Translations under genes and position numbers: made by a program
Notes under the pieces: model-generated
Told to the model about the DNA's origin: nothing
The model's input: only the letters and a program-made list of their open reading frames with translations
Databases searched by the model: none
Shown here: piece by piece, positions 14,201 to 29,329 of the stretch
How positions within the stretch are numbered: position 1 is the first letter of the stretch
Layout of the letters: each line of letters opens with the position of its first letter
Origin: the human T2T-CHM13v2.0 reference genome, Homo sapiens
Strand: one strand, 5' to 3'
Assembly (NCBI RefSeq): GCF_009914755.1
Contig: NC_060931.1
DNA: 64,000 nt

Positions 14201-15404
14201 TCTTGGAACTTCAGAAAATACTAGCATTTAAAAATTGCCAAGGTATTGGCAAGTAGGTGTTTTAATCACAATGTCAAATGAGACTGCCCCCTAATCAATG
14301 GCCACCACAGCCAAAGACAAGTTCAAAAGATCCTTTGGGAAATCTGCCTCCCTTTTCTACATGATCCCAATAACAGAGAATTTGAGTCATGACAGCTGTC
14401 CCAGTCCTTAATGTCTTTGCCTGGGACAAATGTGATTATATCCACTGAAAACCCCAAACCAAAGGGGCCCTATGGCATCCACAGTGAGACCAGTAAGTTC
14501 CTTTTGGGTCTCGGTGGGAAACATTTTTATACATGTAGATTTTCAAGACTTGTATATTTGCCTTCAAAAATATCTCTAGATGCCTCTTAATTCTAAGAGG
14601 TCTAACCAGATACTAAGAAACACACTGAGTTTTTGAAAACGAGGAGGCGTACTCATCCTACATCAGTTTTCTGCCACAGGAGAGAAAACTGAACTAAGCT
14701 TTGAGATATTTGTTTCAACTTTATCTTTCCGGCTGTTTTCTCCCTCTCCCCTCTGGAACATATGAATCCTGAAATTTGATTTGATTTGCCCTGTCAAGTA
14801 TAGGAAATTTTTAAAAAAGTTCTCCCTCTGTTGATACCATTGTTACAGCACTCAACACTTCCTATTTTAATGTCTCTCTCTGTTCCTTCTATTAGTTATG
14901 TACTTATTCATCTTTTCATTCCCAGTGTTTAGCACAATGTTTGCATTGGTGTGGTCAGTAGATGCTGAGCAGAAGGAAAATGGAAGGAGGAAGGAGGGCG
15001 GGAGAGACGGGTGGTTAGAGCTCTAGATGTGTTTTCTTCCCTGGGTTGAATGGTGGAAGAACTAAAACCCTCAGGGTGCATGGCTGGGGCCCTGACACTC
15101 TTTGCACACTGTAGTTCAGTAGTTAGAAACGAAATGTTTCATCAAGTGTGTTCAGAGCCAATTTACCATAGCCACTTTTTGAAAATTCTCTCCATGTGTG
15201 AGTGGGAAAGAGACCAGCTAGAAGAGGAGGTCTGAGGCTAGAAATCCCAGCTCTTTGCTTGTTTTTCCACACCTCATCCATAGTCCATATCCTACTGCAA
15301 ACCACAGACTTCTGGAACTGGAAGACATAAATAGTCCAGGAGGTCAAAAAGAAGCTATCCAAATTAAGAAAACAATCCCATTTATAGTAGCATCAAAAAG
15401 AATA

Positions 15405-15716
<312 letters not shown>

Positions 15717-17084
15717 GAATAAACTATCTAAACAACCAAGGAAGTGAAAGACTTGTATGCTGAAAACATTGATGAAAGAAATTTAAAAAGACACAAATAA
15801 TATAAAAGACATCCTGTGTTCATGGATTAGAAAACTTAATATTGTTAAAATGTGCATACTACTGAAAGCAATCTACAAATTTAGTATAATCCCCAATCAA
15901 AATCCCAATGCTATTTTTTACATAAATAGAAAAACAATTCTAAAATGCATATGGAAGCACAAAGTACTCCGAATAGCCAAAACAATCTTGGGAAAGAAGA
16001 GCAAAGCTGAAGGCATCATACTTCCTGATTTAAAAATATATTAAAAAGCAACAGTAATTAAAACAGCATGGTATTGGTATAAAGACAGACATAATAGACC
16101 AATGGAACAGAATATAGAGCCCATAAATAAGCCCAATAATAAATATATGGTCAACTAATCTTCCACAGGATTGCCAAGAATACACAATGGGGAAAAGGTA
16201 GTCTCTTCAACAAATGGTGTTGGGAAAACTGGTTATCCACAGGCAAAAGCATGAAATTTGACCCCTTTCTTATATTACATATAAAAATTAACTTAAAATG
16301 GATTAAAGACTTAAACATAAGACCTGAAATTATAAAACTCCTAGAACAAAACATAGGGGGAAACTTTATGACATTAGTCTTGGCAATGATTCCTTGGGTA
16401 TTATGACAGAAGCACAAGCAACACAAGCAAAAATAGATGAGAAGAACTATATCAAACTAAAAAGCTTCTATCTCTGCAATGGAAACTAGAATGAAAGTCA
16501 CCCTGCAGAATGGGAGACAATATTTGCAAACCATACATCTAATAAGAGGTTAATATCTAAAATATATAAGGAATCCCTACAACTTAATAGCAAAAAACCA
16601 AATAACCTGATTAAGACATGGGTAAATGACTTGGATAAAAACCTCTCCAAAAAAGATGTGCAAATGATTAACTGGTATATAAAAGGACATCAACATCACT
16701 AATCATCAGGGAAATATTATTCAAAACCACAATGACATCTCACCTCACACCTGTTAGGATGGGCCTTATCAAAGAAAAAATCAAAAGATAATTTAATCAA
16801 AGACAATTTAAGTAAGTGTTGGTGGGGATGTGAAGAAATTGGAAAACTTGTATGCTGTTGGTGGAGATGTATATTGCTGCATCCACTATGGAAAACAGTT
16901 TTGAGCTTGCTTTAAAAATTAAAAATAGAGTCACTATATGACCCAGCAATCCCACTTCTTAGTGTTTATCCAAAAGAATTGAAACTAGGACCTCAAAGAG
17001 ATATCTGCACACCCATGTTTATTGCAGCATTATTCACAATATTCAAAATGTGGAAATAACCTGTGTCCATCAACAGATGAATGG

Positions 17085-17442
17085 TGTTTATTAGTCTGTT
17101 TTCATGGTGCTGATAAAGACATACCCAAGACTGGGCAATTTACAAAAGAAAGAGGTTTAATTGGACTTACAGTTTCACATGCCTGGGGGAGCCTCACAAT
17201 CATGGTGAAAGGCAAGGAGGAGCAAGTCACGTCTTACATGGATAGCAGCAGGCAAAGAGAGAGCTTGTGCAGGGAAACTCCCCCTTATAATAAACATCAG
17301 ATCTCATGAGACTTACTGACTATCATGAGAGCAGCACAGGAAAGACCTGCCCCCATGATTCAATTACCTCCCACCGGGTCCCTCCCACAGCATGTGGGAA
17401 TTCAAGATGAGATTTGGGTGGGGACACAGCCAAACCATATCA
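17085..17442 (-). mobile_element. THE1-type MaLR solo LTR nested in L1
   Basis: tgtttattagtctgttttcatggtgctgataaagacatacc...ccaaaccatatca. Confidence 0.9.
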
Positions 17443-17891
17443 AACAGATAAAGAAAATATCCTATATTCATACAATGGAATATTATTCAGCCATAAAGAG
17501 AAGGAAATCCTGCCATGGATGGGCATTGAGGACATTATGCTAAGTGAAATAAGCCAGTCACAGAAGGACAAATATTGCATGATTCCACCATTTATGTGAG
17601 GTAGCTAAAGTAGCCAACAGAAGCAGAGAGTAGAATGGTAGTTGCCAGAGGCTGGGGAGGGGGAAGTGAGTGTTGCTCTTCAATGGGTACAAAATTTCAG
17701 TTATGCAAGATAAGTAAGTTCGGCTATAGGACATTGTGCTGAAGAGGATAGATCTCATGTTATCTGTTCTTACCACAATAATAATTATAGAAAATAGTCC
17801 AGAAGGGTTTGTGGAGTGCCTCCTTCTTTCTTCTTGTTTTCCTACCCTGACAGAGAAGTGTCAAGATTCTTTTAGAAAGAAGTTGTTCCCA

Positions 17892-18444
<553 letters not shown>

Positions 18445-18693
18445 CCCTTCAAGAGTCCCAACAAGCCTAGAGCTTAGGCACTCTGAGTGTCAATGGTGAG
18501 GTCAGATGAGTATTTGGTGGCACTGTGACCAGATGAAATTGTTTTCCCACAGAGCAGCATGCTCTGTTGAGAAGGTGAATGAATGTTCTCCTTCTGGCTC
18601 TGATAGCCTAAAATCATGAGGACATCCAAAGCCATCTTTTTTTTGGTTTTCACCTAGCTTTCCATATTTCCAGTGAAGTGAAAGGAGATGAGT

Positions 18694-19130
18694 ATGTTAT
18701 ATTAGCTTCCTTGGGCTGCTGTAACAAATGACCACCAACTGCGTGGCTTAAAACAACAGAAATTTACTCTTTCACAGTTCTGGAGGCATGAAGTCCAAAA
18801 TCAACGTGTCAATAGGGCCACATTCCCTCCAAAGGCTGTAGGGAAGAATCCTGCCTCACCTCTTCCAGTTTCTGGTGGCTCCAGGCATTCCTTAGCTTAA
18901 GTCTGCATCCCTCCAATCTCTGCCTCCATCTTCACATCTTCCCCTCTGTGTGTCTCTCACAAGGACATTTGTCACTGGATTTAGGGTCCATCTGGATAAT
19001 CCAGGGTGATCTCATCTAGAGATCCTTCACTTGATCACATATGCAAAGACGCTTCTTCCAAAGCAGCTCACACTCACAGGTTTGGGGATGTGGACAGACT
19101 TTGCTGGGGCCTCCCATTCAACCCATTAAC
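18694..19130 (-). mobile_element. MLT1-type MaLR LTR
   Basis: attagcttccttgggctgctgtaacaaatgaccacc...ggcttaaaacaacagaaattt...cattcaaccc. Confidence 0.8.
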
Positions 19131-19249
19131 GTTCTAAAACAAAACTCCGTTTAAGGGAAAACAGAGAGACTGACTTTTTTATACTTTATGGTTTTCAAAG
19201 ACATTTTGAAACAAACAAAAGTTGTTAGTGTAGTTTAAAAACCCTAAAA

Positions 19250-20130
19250 CCTTTTTTTGAGTTTAGTTGCTGACGTGATGCCCCATTACCCTCAAATACG
19301 TCAGTGTGCATTTCCAACAAACAAAGACATTCCCCTACCTAACCACAGTGCAACCATGAAAACCAGGACACTGACAGCAAGCACGACCTCACCGCCCCCC
19401 ACAACTCATGCAAGTTTCTCCAATTGTCCTAATACTGTCTTTCAGGGCAAAAGGATCTACTTCAGAATCACACAGAGCATTCAGTAGTCATGTGCCTTCA
19501 CTTTTCTTCACTTTGAAACCAACCCCCAGTCTTTCTTGATCTTCAAATTCTTAACATTTTTTGAAGATTCAGGATCAGTTATTTGGTAGCATGTTTCTCA
19601 GTTTGGGCCTGTCTGATATTTCCTCATGATTAGATTCAAGTTTTGTGTCTTTCTCAGGACAATCCCAAAAGTAATCTGTGTTCTTCTCCATGCGTGCTAT
19701 CAGGTAACATACATTTTCAATTTGCAGAATTCCTGGCAATGAAGACTGACCACTTGATTAAGGTGTCTCTGCCAGGTGTCTCTTCCCCCTCCGCCCTTGT
19801 AATTAATAAGTATTTTGTAAGGAGGAACTTGGAAACTATCTAAATATCCCATTCCTCACCTAACTTTCCATTTCTTAGTGTGTTTATTTGTATCTGAATG
19901 GACTAATGAATTCCTATTTTATTCAAAATCTGCTACTATCGTTATTTGTTTTGAGGCTCACGCTGTGTCATATTTGGCCAGAGGAGCCCTTGTGTCTGGC
20001 TCTGTGTCCTTCTGACATGTCCCATCATTCTTTGATCACTTTCTTGCTTTCTGGTACAGCAAGATGCTCTGAGCTTATTTAGTACTTTCTTTGCCCCTAA
20101 AGGAAGCTCTGGTCCCTTTTACTGGGAAAT
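19250..20130 (-). mobile_element. Old L1 (L1MC-like) 3' remnant
   Basis: Resembles an L1MC 3'UTR (aaatacgtcagtgtgcatttcc...gattagattcaagtt); strongly diverged. Confidence 0.5.
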
Positions 20131-21582
20131 GGACAGTGTTTCAAGCACCATTGTGTTCCCTTTTGTGCATTTTCCAGACCGATATCTTCTCTGTCCTGCT
20201 TCACCCCTCATTCCTTCCACACACTGTGTTTACATCACCAGTGTGCCTCTCTCTCCCCTACTCCTGCCTCCACACATCCCATCCTGTTTATGTGTGCATG
20301 TTTGGAAGCACTAACTCTGTGAAACAAGCAGTCACGTGACAACATCCCGGCTCTGAGAAAGCTGGCTGCTACAGGCAGACATGCTGGGCAACCCACTGGC
20401 CATGCCTGGGGAACGCTGGCTCCAGGACTTCTGGCAATGCAGCTGCAATGAGTTAAACCTCTGAATTTGTGTGGGTCATTCCCAAGCACAAGTGAGGATC
20501 AGGACCCATGGCTGACTTACCATTTTACACTGGGAGGACAACCGAGTTCTTGTTTGGCCTTAGTTCAGCTTTTCCCCAGACTGCTTTCCCTGATTTTTTG
20601 AATCTTGAGAATTTTTTTACCAGGTCTTCTCTACTTGGCATCTTTCCTCCTCTAAGAAGGAAAATGTGAAAGGCTTCACTAATTCTATCGTGCCAGCTTC
20701 TGTTCAGGTCTGGGGCTTTCAGCCAGACTGCGCCCCAGGGTAGGGCCAGTTGGTTCCCTGGAGGTTGTGAGTGGAGCCTGGGGGTTAACGTGGACTGGCA
20801 GGTGCCCAGGGCTTGCACACATTTTATCCTGTCCTTCCAGGCTGTATCCCACCCCCTTCCTCTTTGATGACTTATGACAACTCATGAGGTAGCTCCTGCC
20901 ATCCAGATTCTTTTATTTTCCTCTGTGGGCTTTCTGTCCTCTGCCCATCTTCCTACTGGTCTTTACCACTGTGGATTTCCTAAGCATGACTTCCTATACC
21001 CACTCCGTCTGGAATTTAATAACATCTTTTCTTTCCTTGAAGTTACATGTGCCCAACATTTCTGTCCTCTACTCCAGCCTCTCCTGAGTGGTCTTGAAAC
21101 CCTAGGAAGCTGCCCTGGACGGGGCCAGAAGAGACACCTGAGCTCTGGGCAAACAATCCAGAGGCCAGCGAGAGGCCCTTGGCATGGCCGGTGAGGAGTG
21201 CTCAGTTTCCTGCTCACTGAACTGGGGAAGTGAGAAGGAGACACAGAGTGAGTGAAGCGTGAGTCGTGATGGAGAGTAAGGAGGCAGAAGTTGTGTTGGG
21301 CTGTGTGAAATTTAAACAAGTGAAGGAAAAGGCTGAAAGAGAGGAAGAGGAAGCAGATCCTTGAAGAAGAGCAGAGGGGCCACCAGAGGGTGAAGAGGGA
21401 AAAGTAGCTCCCTTGGTTTCCAACATCTTTCTAGAAACAAATGCCAGTTCATTTAAAGCCCAACTGCTCTTGCTTCCTGACCAAGGATTCTGTCGGATCT
21501 TTATATCCTTACAATCAGCTGCCTTTCTTGTGCCATTTTGAGTGGATTTCTCTTTCTTGCCATCAAAAGAGGCTTTCTTGAA

Positions 21583-21895
21583 TTTTTTTTTTAAGAGACA
21601 GGGTCTCACTCTGTTGCCCAGGCTAGAGTACAGTGGTGTGATCACAGCTCACTCTCTGTAAGCCTCAAACTTCTGGGTTCAAGAAATCCCCTTACCTGAG
21701 CTTCCCAAGTAGCTAGGACTACAGGCACACACAACTGTATTTTTTTTTTTTTTTAGAGATGGGGTCTTGCTATGTTGCCCAGGCTGGTCTTGAACTCTTG
21801 GCTTCAAATGAACCTCCTCAGCTTCCCAAAGTGATTGGATTGCAAATGCCCTCACAAAGTGTTGGGATTATAGACATGAGCCACCCTGCCCAGGC
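21583..21895 (-). mobile_element. Alu (AluJ-like, rearranged)
   Basis: gagacagggtctcactctgttgcccagg... Confidence 0.88.
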
Positions 21896-23113
21896 TTCTT
21901 GAACATTCTTGTTGACTACATTGCCTTCCAGACCTATCAGGTAGAGACTGTTCTCCCAAGTCCTGAAAGAAGGGTGAGCATTCCCTCTCACTGCACAGTG
22001 CTGTGACCCAGATGTCCCTGCAACACTTTTGTTAAACAACCATCCTTCTTTGCAGGCCCATGTGAAGCAAGGGGATATATCTTCCTCTTTCCTGTCATCC
22101 ATTGATATCTGGACCCTTTTCCAGGTTCCCTGATAAACACAGAAACTCTCCCTTTGTATCCCTTGCCATCATCCCGGGCAATGTCAGGGTCCACGTGGAT
22201 GGTTCACGTCCCCCATCAGCCCCACAGTCCCTCCACCCATCCATTTCAAAAAGAATGAAAACAATACATTACAAAATGATTCGTATTTTAGAGCTTAGGA
22301 AATACTTTCCCAGTCATGAGCTCATTTTGTTTTGATTTTTGAACTCCATTCCCAAAGCCAAACTATAGACTCATCCTCTTATCACTGCTTCATTTCCAAA
22401 GCCTAGATGTTATTTTTAGGAAGCTGGGCCTTTAATGCCACTTGAAAATATCTTACTAATCCTTCAAGAAATCCTGATCTCCATTTTCTTCTTCCAAGCC
22501 TAAGTTCTCCTTCTATCTGCACTCTTACTGTCTTGGCTCCAATCTGCTCCAAGATCTTAACACATCCCATTTTTCGTCTCTTTCTCTACCATCTCCATGT
22601 CCAGGCACCCTTTTCCTTGACCTAATTAAATAGTCCAATGTTTTCCTAGAAACCAGCCCTCTTCAATCTTGCTTCTCCCTTAGCCTGCCATTCAGCGTCT
22701 TCCTACTCACTCCCTTCTTTAGGGCTTTTGAGCATCATTCTGCCTCTGGTATCTCTTCACACATTCCTTCTTTAATCCTCCAAACTCTGTTCTGACAGGC
22801 CCTAATTCTTGTTGTTGTTATTATTTTTTTAATACCACCAAGCTTGCTTTTATGGATTTGTTTTTTAAGGGAAAAGGATGACTGCCCGTGTTCCAGTTCG
22901 AATTTGACCACCAAGCCCTGGGAACTCTCCTCCTTCATCCTCTGCGACACTCTTTCTTGAGTGTCTGGAGAGGGTTTTCTCCAAGCTCTCTGGTCCGTGT
23001 CTTCCTTTGCCACCATAAATGGAGGCCTCTCTCAAAGTTCTTATGTGGTTCTGGAGGGTCCCTTCACTGTTTCACTCTCTCCCACCCACCGCCTCCTGAC
23101 GCTACCCCCATCC

Positions 23114-23147
23114 CTGCTGAGCTGCTGAGCTGCTGAGCTGCTGAGCT
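23114..23147. repeat. (CTGCTGAG)4 tandem repeat
   Basis: Directly visible. Confidence 0.9.
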
Positions 23148-23855
23148 ACATTTTCAACTGCCTATCTGACATCTTGCTCCAGTTTCAAACTGAACTCAAT
23201 GTCTTTCCCCTAAAAAGCCCCTGTCTGTGTAAATGACATCACCAACCAGCCATGCACACAGAAATGTTGGCGGTTGAATTCCCAAAGTGAATCAGTAGCT
23301 CCTAGTGCCAGATGGCCGGAAAGTTCTGCACCCATTCTGCAATTCAGGGCCTAACTCCCCTCCCTGATCCATGCCTGATTCATTCCCATGACCCTCTGCC
23401 TGGCTTGTCTGCCTCCAAACTCCCCTCTTTTCAACCTTAAAACACGGGTTTAGTCCTAACATTTCCATCGCCGACTTTGCACTGATTTCTCACCATGTAA
23501 AGGGAAAGGCCCTGGCTCCTGGGAGGGGACCCAAGGGCTCCATGGTGTCCCTGACACATCTCCCCCCCCATACCTCCAAGCCCCTTGGCTCCTGCCACAG
23601 GAGTCTCCCCACTGATCCCTGAACCTGCTGTTTTTCTTCCCATGCCTCCACTTACTGTTCCTTCAGTTAGGAAGATTTTTCTCTTCATTTTCTGCCCATC
23701 CGAAAGCTCTCATAAGTCAAAGCTCAGATGGATCGCCACTCTTCTGAGAAGCATTCTTTGATGCTCCTGGACAGAACTAGCTTGCTCCTCTTGTCTCTCC
23801 CATACTGCACTACCATTAGTTCCTCATTCATCCTGCCTTGAATTGTAAATGGTTG

Positions 23856-24187
23856 CAGTCATGCACCACATAATGTCTTGGTCAACCGTGGACCGTATAT
23901 ACAATGGTGGCCCCATAAGATTATAAGACTGTTTTTACCGTATCTTTTCTATATTTAGATACATAAATAGTTATCCTTGTGTTACAATTGCCCGCAGTAG
24001 TCAGTACAGTCACATGCTGTACAGGCTTATAGCCTAGGAGCAATTGGCTGTACCACACAGCCTAGGTATGTAGTAGGCTATGCCCTCTAGGTGTGTGTAA
24101 GTACACTCTATGATGTTTGCATAAGAGAAAATTGTCTAAGGACATGTTTCTCCAACTGTATCTCCATTGTTAAGCGACGCATGACTG
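23856..24187. mobile_element. Tigger3-like (TcMar) non-autonomous DNA transposon
   Basis: Terminal inverted repeats cagtcatgc... / ...gcatgactg, followed by TA. Confidence 0.8.
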
Positions 24188-24259
24188 TATTGTTATTTTT
24201 TCAGAGTGATATTGATATCCACATTGGCTAAGGAAGATACTGAGACTCAAAAGGTCTAA

Positions 24260-24543
<284 letters not shown>

Positions 24544-24647
24544 AGGTTTAAATTCCTTAAGATGATACAGCCTGAAGCTATAGAACTGGAATATGAACCC
24601 AGGTCGGCTTTATTCCAAAGTTCACTCTCTTTCCCCCTAGGGCCTAG

Positions 24648-24800
24648 ATCAATTGTTCCCAGTCTCCATGGTACATTGAAATCACCTGGGGAATCTGCGG
24701 AAACTATTGCTCCACCCAGGCATTCTGATTTAATTGGTATGGAGTGTAACCTGGGCTTTGGGTTGTTAAAAATACTCCTCAGGTGACTCTAATGTGCAGC
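24648..24800. mobile_element. MER5A-like hAT fragment
   Basis: aatcacctgggg...ttctgatttaattggt...caggtgactctaatgtgcagcc. Confidence 0.65.
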
Positions 24801-26093
24801 CTACCTCTGCCATAGGCTACTCAGTGCTTCCCCCAGTGTCTGGCACATAGTGTGTTTAGTACATGTTTGCATTCAATCTTTTCTCCATATGCTTTTCTGG
24901 TCACCTGGACACTTACTCTTCAATTCTAAGGCTGGCAACAATTCAAAAGAAAAAATAAAGCAGAGAAAGAAATTAATTATCTGGCTAATATGAGCCCCCC
25001 AAATTCATTTTCCATGAAAATTTCCAAATCAATATAAAGAAATTAGGAAGCATAGGCCAAAGTTACATTTTAACACATTTCACTTGATCCTCCATTGCCT
25101 TCCTTTGGCGAGAGCAGCCTGCTTGTGTGGCAGCCTTCAGTCCCCACTCTTTCCATCCCTCCAGCAGCTGCACATTGACAGGACTTGTTTCACAAATTGA
25201 TCCCAAGGCGGAGACTACCTTCTTTTGAAGGCAGGCTCTGCAGAGGAGGCGACAAGGATCAGGTCACACTCCCTGAGTCCTAGACGTGGTCCCTGTGTCA
25301 GACTGACACAGCCCTGCACAGCCCTGGTAACTGACAGAAAAAACATCTCATTGGGTTAGTTACTCCCTTTGCATAATGTGAGGTTATCACATTGCAGCCA
25401 AATTTATGGAAGGAAATTTGAAAACTGGGCAACCTCTTTAAAATGTTTTGTCCCATTGAGACTTTATTTATAACTTTTAATATTAAATTCTGTCAGTGAG
25501 GAAACATCACCTGATATAACTGTGCTGTGAATTTACATGCACTTCTTGTCTAGTGAATAGGATATGTATTCCTATAAAATTCTAGTAAAGCTTCTGTTTT
25601 GTTACATCTAAAGAGAAAACAACTCAGAAGACCTTTCAGCATCTATGAAGGTCATAAAACTACACTTCCCAGATGTTATTGGATACAGGTGTTGGTCCTT
25701 GCTAGCAATAATCTAGAACATATGAGAGCATGGACATCCTTTCTGCATGCTCGAAGTTCTGGATTAAATAGTTCATTCACCAGACTTTATTTGGAGTCTT
25801 CTCTGCACGCCCACATACACGGTGTTCATATAGGACCAAGTCCTCTGTGGAGCCCAGTGACTCACAGTTGTGTTCCTTTAGAAAGGTGCCTAGCTGAACA
25901 GCATCAGTTGGATGATACTTTAGATGGTACTTAAAGAGGTGCTTCAGAGCCTCAGAAGATTGAGTTCTTAGTGAATTGTCCACGTGGGCAGCTTGTCTTC
26001 GAAGGCAGGCACAGGTGGAGGCTGTGCCTTTGACGGTAACTTCTGAAACTCAGCCTCTTCAAGTGCAAGACAAGAGAGTCATATTAGAAATTC

Positions 26094-26423
26094 GGCTGGG
26101 TGCGGTGGCTCACTTCTATAATCCCAGCACTTTGGGAGGCCGAGGTGAGTGGATCACGAGGTCAGGGGTTCAAGACCAGCCTGGCCAAGATGATGAAACC
26201 CCCACCTCTACTAAAAATACAAAAATTAGCTGGGCGTGGTAGCAGGCCAGGCGTGGTGGTGGGTGCCTGTAATCCCAGCTACTCAAGAGGCTAAGACAGA
26301 GAATTGCTTGAACCTGGGAGGTGGAGTGAGCTGAGATCATGCCACTGCACTCCAGGCTGGGCGACAGAGCAAGACTCCGTCTCAAAAAAAAAAAGAAAGA
26401 AAGAAAGAAAGAAAAGAAAAGAA
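26094..26423 (+). mobile_element. Alu (AluSg-like) with (GAAA)n tail
   Basis: ggatcacgaggtcagg; the start of the right arm is locally duplicated. Confidence 0.9.
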
Positions 26424-29329
26424 ATGCATTTCTGAGGTTCATGCCAGCTCTGTGGTGAGTCTGAGGGTCTGTAGAGTTCAGAGGATGGGGTGGCCATGGA
26501 GACCTTCTTGCAGGGAGGTGTGTATCCAGTTGCAGAGTGTATTCCCCCACAGAGGAGGGGAAACAGGAAGTGGACCGGCCAGGACCTGGTCAGGAAACAC
26601 ACCAGTTACAGAAACGGACAATTCAATATAGAGAACTGGAGAACATCAAGGGAACCCTGGGCTATTGCAGAAATAGGAGGTGCAGGAAGCAGCTAGCACT
26701 TTTAGATGTAGAACAGAGGGAAGAGGTTGGGATTTTTTGAAATTAGAAATTGGAGCTAAGGTGGCAGTCCTGGCCTGATGGTGTTGGTGTCTCTTAAAGC
26801 CACAATGAGGCTGGTCTGGAGGGTGAGAGAAAACTGTAAACTAGAACCTGCTTCTGCTGCAGGAGGAACTGTTGCTGAAATAACAGACAGGAACATCCAG
26901 CAGACAGAGCACATCCCCTCTCTTTCTCCTCCTCCAGCCTTGTAGTCCCCTCTGACATCTTCTTGAGGAGCCGACCAAGAAGTGGCTGGCAAAGCAGAAA
27001 TATGGTTTGCAGCTTCAGCCAAATGGCCAGAGCTGAGCACTGAGTAGTGGTTTGGAGATGAAAGACAGTATATTCATACCCAGCCCAGGAAGAAAGGGGA
27101 ACAGGGGTCACTACTAGTTAGGGAACTTGTGTAAGCAAGCAAAGTAGTAACAATATTCACCATGTCCAATATCCACCATATCCTCTTGTATCATTGTACC
27201 CCTTCACTCTTTAATCCCCACAACCATTGTATGGAATCACTATTGTTATTCAACTGTGGCAAAGGAAGAACTGTAGCTCAGATGGATTAGATAACTCTGC
27301 AGTCTTACCCAGAATGGGGATCAGAATGCAGAATCATCCCACTTTAAAGCTCTTTCCAACACAGGAGGCACCGTGTGTGCTGAAGATGTGCTTGGTGTGT
27401 CTAAGCAGCAGTGAGTAGTTAGACTAGAAGGATTCATGCGGAACAGATTTGGAGGGGGAGTATGGGCTAGATTGTGGAAGAGTATGGGGTTTGGACATTT
27501 TAGGCATTAGGAACCAATGAAGATTTTGGAAGACTGCAGAGAAACGATGGAAACACTTTTAGAGTGATTTGTTTAGAAAGAGTGAGCAAGGTGGATTGAT
27601 GAGAAGAAAGTCTGGTGCCAGTGAGCCTCATTGAGCATTCAATTTAATAATTTAGAAATGAAGTGATACAGGCCTTGGTTTGGATGGTGGCAATGAGAAA
27701 GAAGAGGAAGAGAAAAATATTTCAAACAAAGAATACACAGAAATTGTTGCACATAGAGATTATATGAAAAGTAGGACTCAAGGATAATTCCGAGATTTGG
27801 GGGCCTGGATAACTAGTAGAATAGTGATTCTCCCTTCAGAAATAGAACACTTGGGAATTCTGGAATTTTCTTCCTTTTCAAATGTGGCCTCTCTCCCTGC
27901 ACTGTCCCCTGCCCCTAATGTACCATGATGGTATAGGATACCCAACGATCTGAGCTTCACCCTTGATTACCATCGGCAGAGTTGATAAGTTGAACTAATT
28001 CAGAGATAACTGTTTACTGTGTAGTCAGGGAAAACATTCACTTGGAGACTGGAAACTGCTGTTTTTCACTATCACCAACTTGCTGTTATTCACTAGCTTT
28101 GACTTGATCCAAGTTATTTGACAGTATGGCTAAGAGGATGTATTGGGATAATATATGTCAATGGTTCTCAACCTTCGGTTTTATTGTAATCCCCTGGGGA
28201 GCTTTTAAGTAATACCAACACCTTGGCCCATCTCCAGAAATTCTCAGTTAATCTGGGATAGGGCCCAGTCTCCCCCACACCAACCCAGGGTGGGTCCAAA
28301 GGGGCAGGATGGAGCGGGTGGCTGGGACCCAGTTTGTTTGTTTGTTTTGTTTTTTAACCAACATCTCTGGTTATCTACTTGAATGTTCCCTCACATACAT
28401 TCTCAAGGACTCCAGAGGGTTTCACTAACGTCTAAGGGTTGTCAGCATAAGAGAACTCACCCAGAACTTGTTTACCACATTCAGGAAGGTGTGGGCATCT
28501 TGCAAGATAAGGGGGCCAGGGGAGAAAAGATCTCTGCTTGCCAGTACAGCCACAGCCTAGTAGGGCATTTTGGATTTTCATAGCCTCAACCAATGAAAAC
28601 ACATTTAAAAATTCAACTAGACTTATATAAGAGCAAGAATTTGTTACTCTACCTTCCTAATGTTATGTGAGTGTCATAGGGCATTCTGAGGGGGATAGGT
28701 TATGCATGTGGCTGCAGTTCTTAGAGAGGTAGCACATTATATTTGGGTGGTCCAAGCCAAGTTGAGACCCAGTTTACCCAGAGAGCATGTACTAAAGTAT
28801 AATCCAAACGACCCTTGAAATTCCCTTGTGAAGATCTGAAGATAGTGTAGTTCTGCTCTCACAGTTCAACATAGATTTTCTTCTACTGTTAAAACACATT
28901 GCTTATTCTTCCCCAAGCCCTTAAGGGATGGTTGGTTTGTGTTTTAAAAGAGCCATTTATACCTAACAACAATATCTCTAAATACAAAATTCACACCTAG
29001 AAGGCTCGGGAGCTCGAGTGAGAGACAGGCTGTGCCCAGAGGCATGGACAGTAACTGAGGGAAGTGCAGATTCAAGTCTCCAGTCCATTCTCACTCAGGG
29101 ATGCCTGCTTATTGAGGTAATGGCCCCACTAGCTCACATTTTTACCCATATCTCCCCCAGCCATTTCTCTCTTAAATGCCACAAGTGTGTTTCTGATAGA
29201 GGTCATCAAGACCTTCTTGTTGGACAGCACTCATAGTAGATGGTAGATTAAAAGTCACTGATATAGAGAAGGGGCTAATTTCCCCAGTACACATGCCACA
29301 CACCTAAGGACATCTTCATGTTTGGCATA

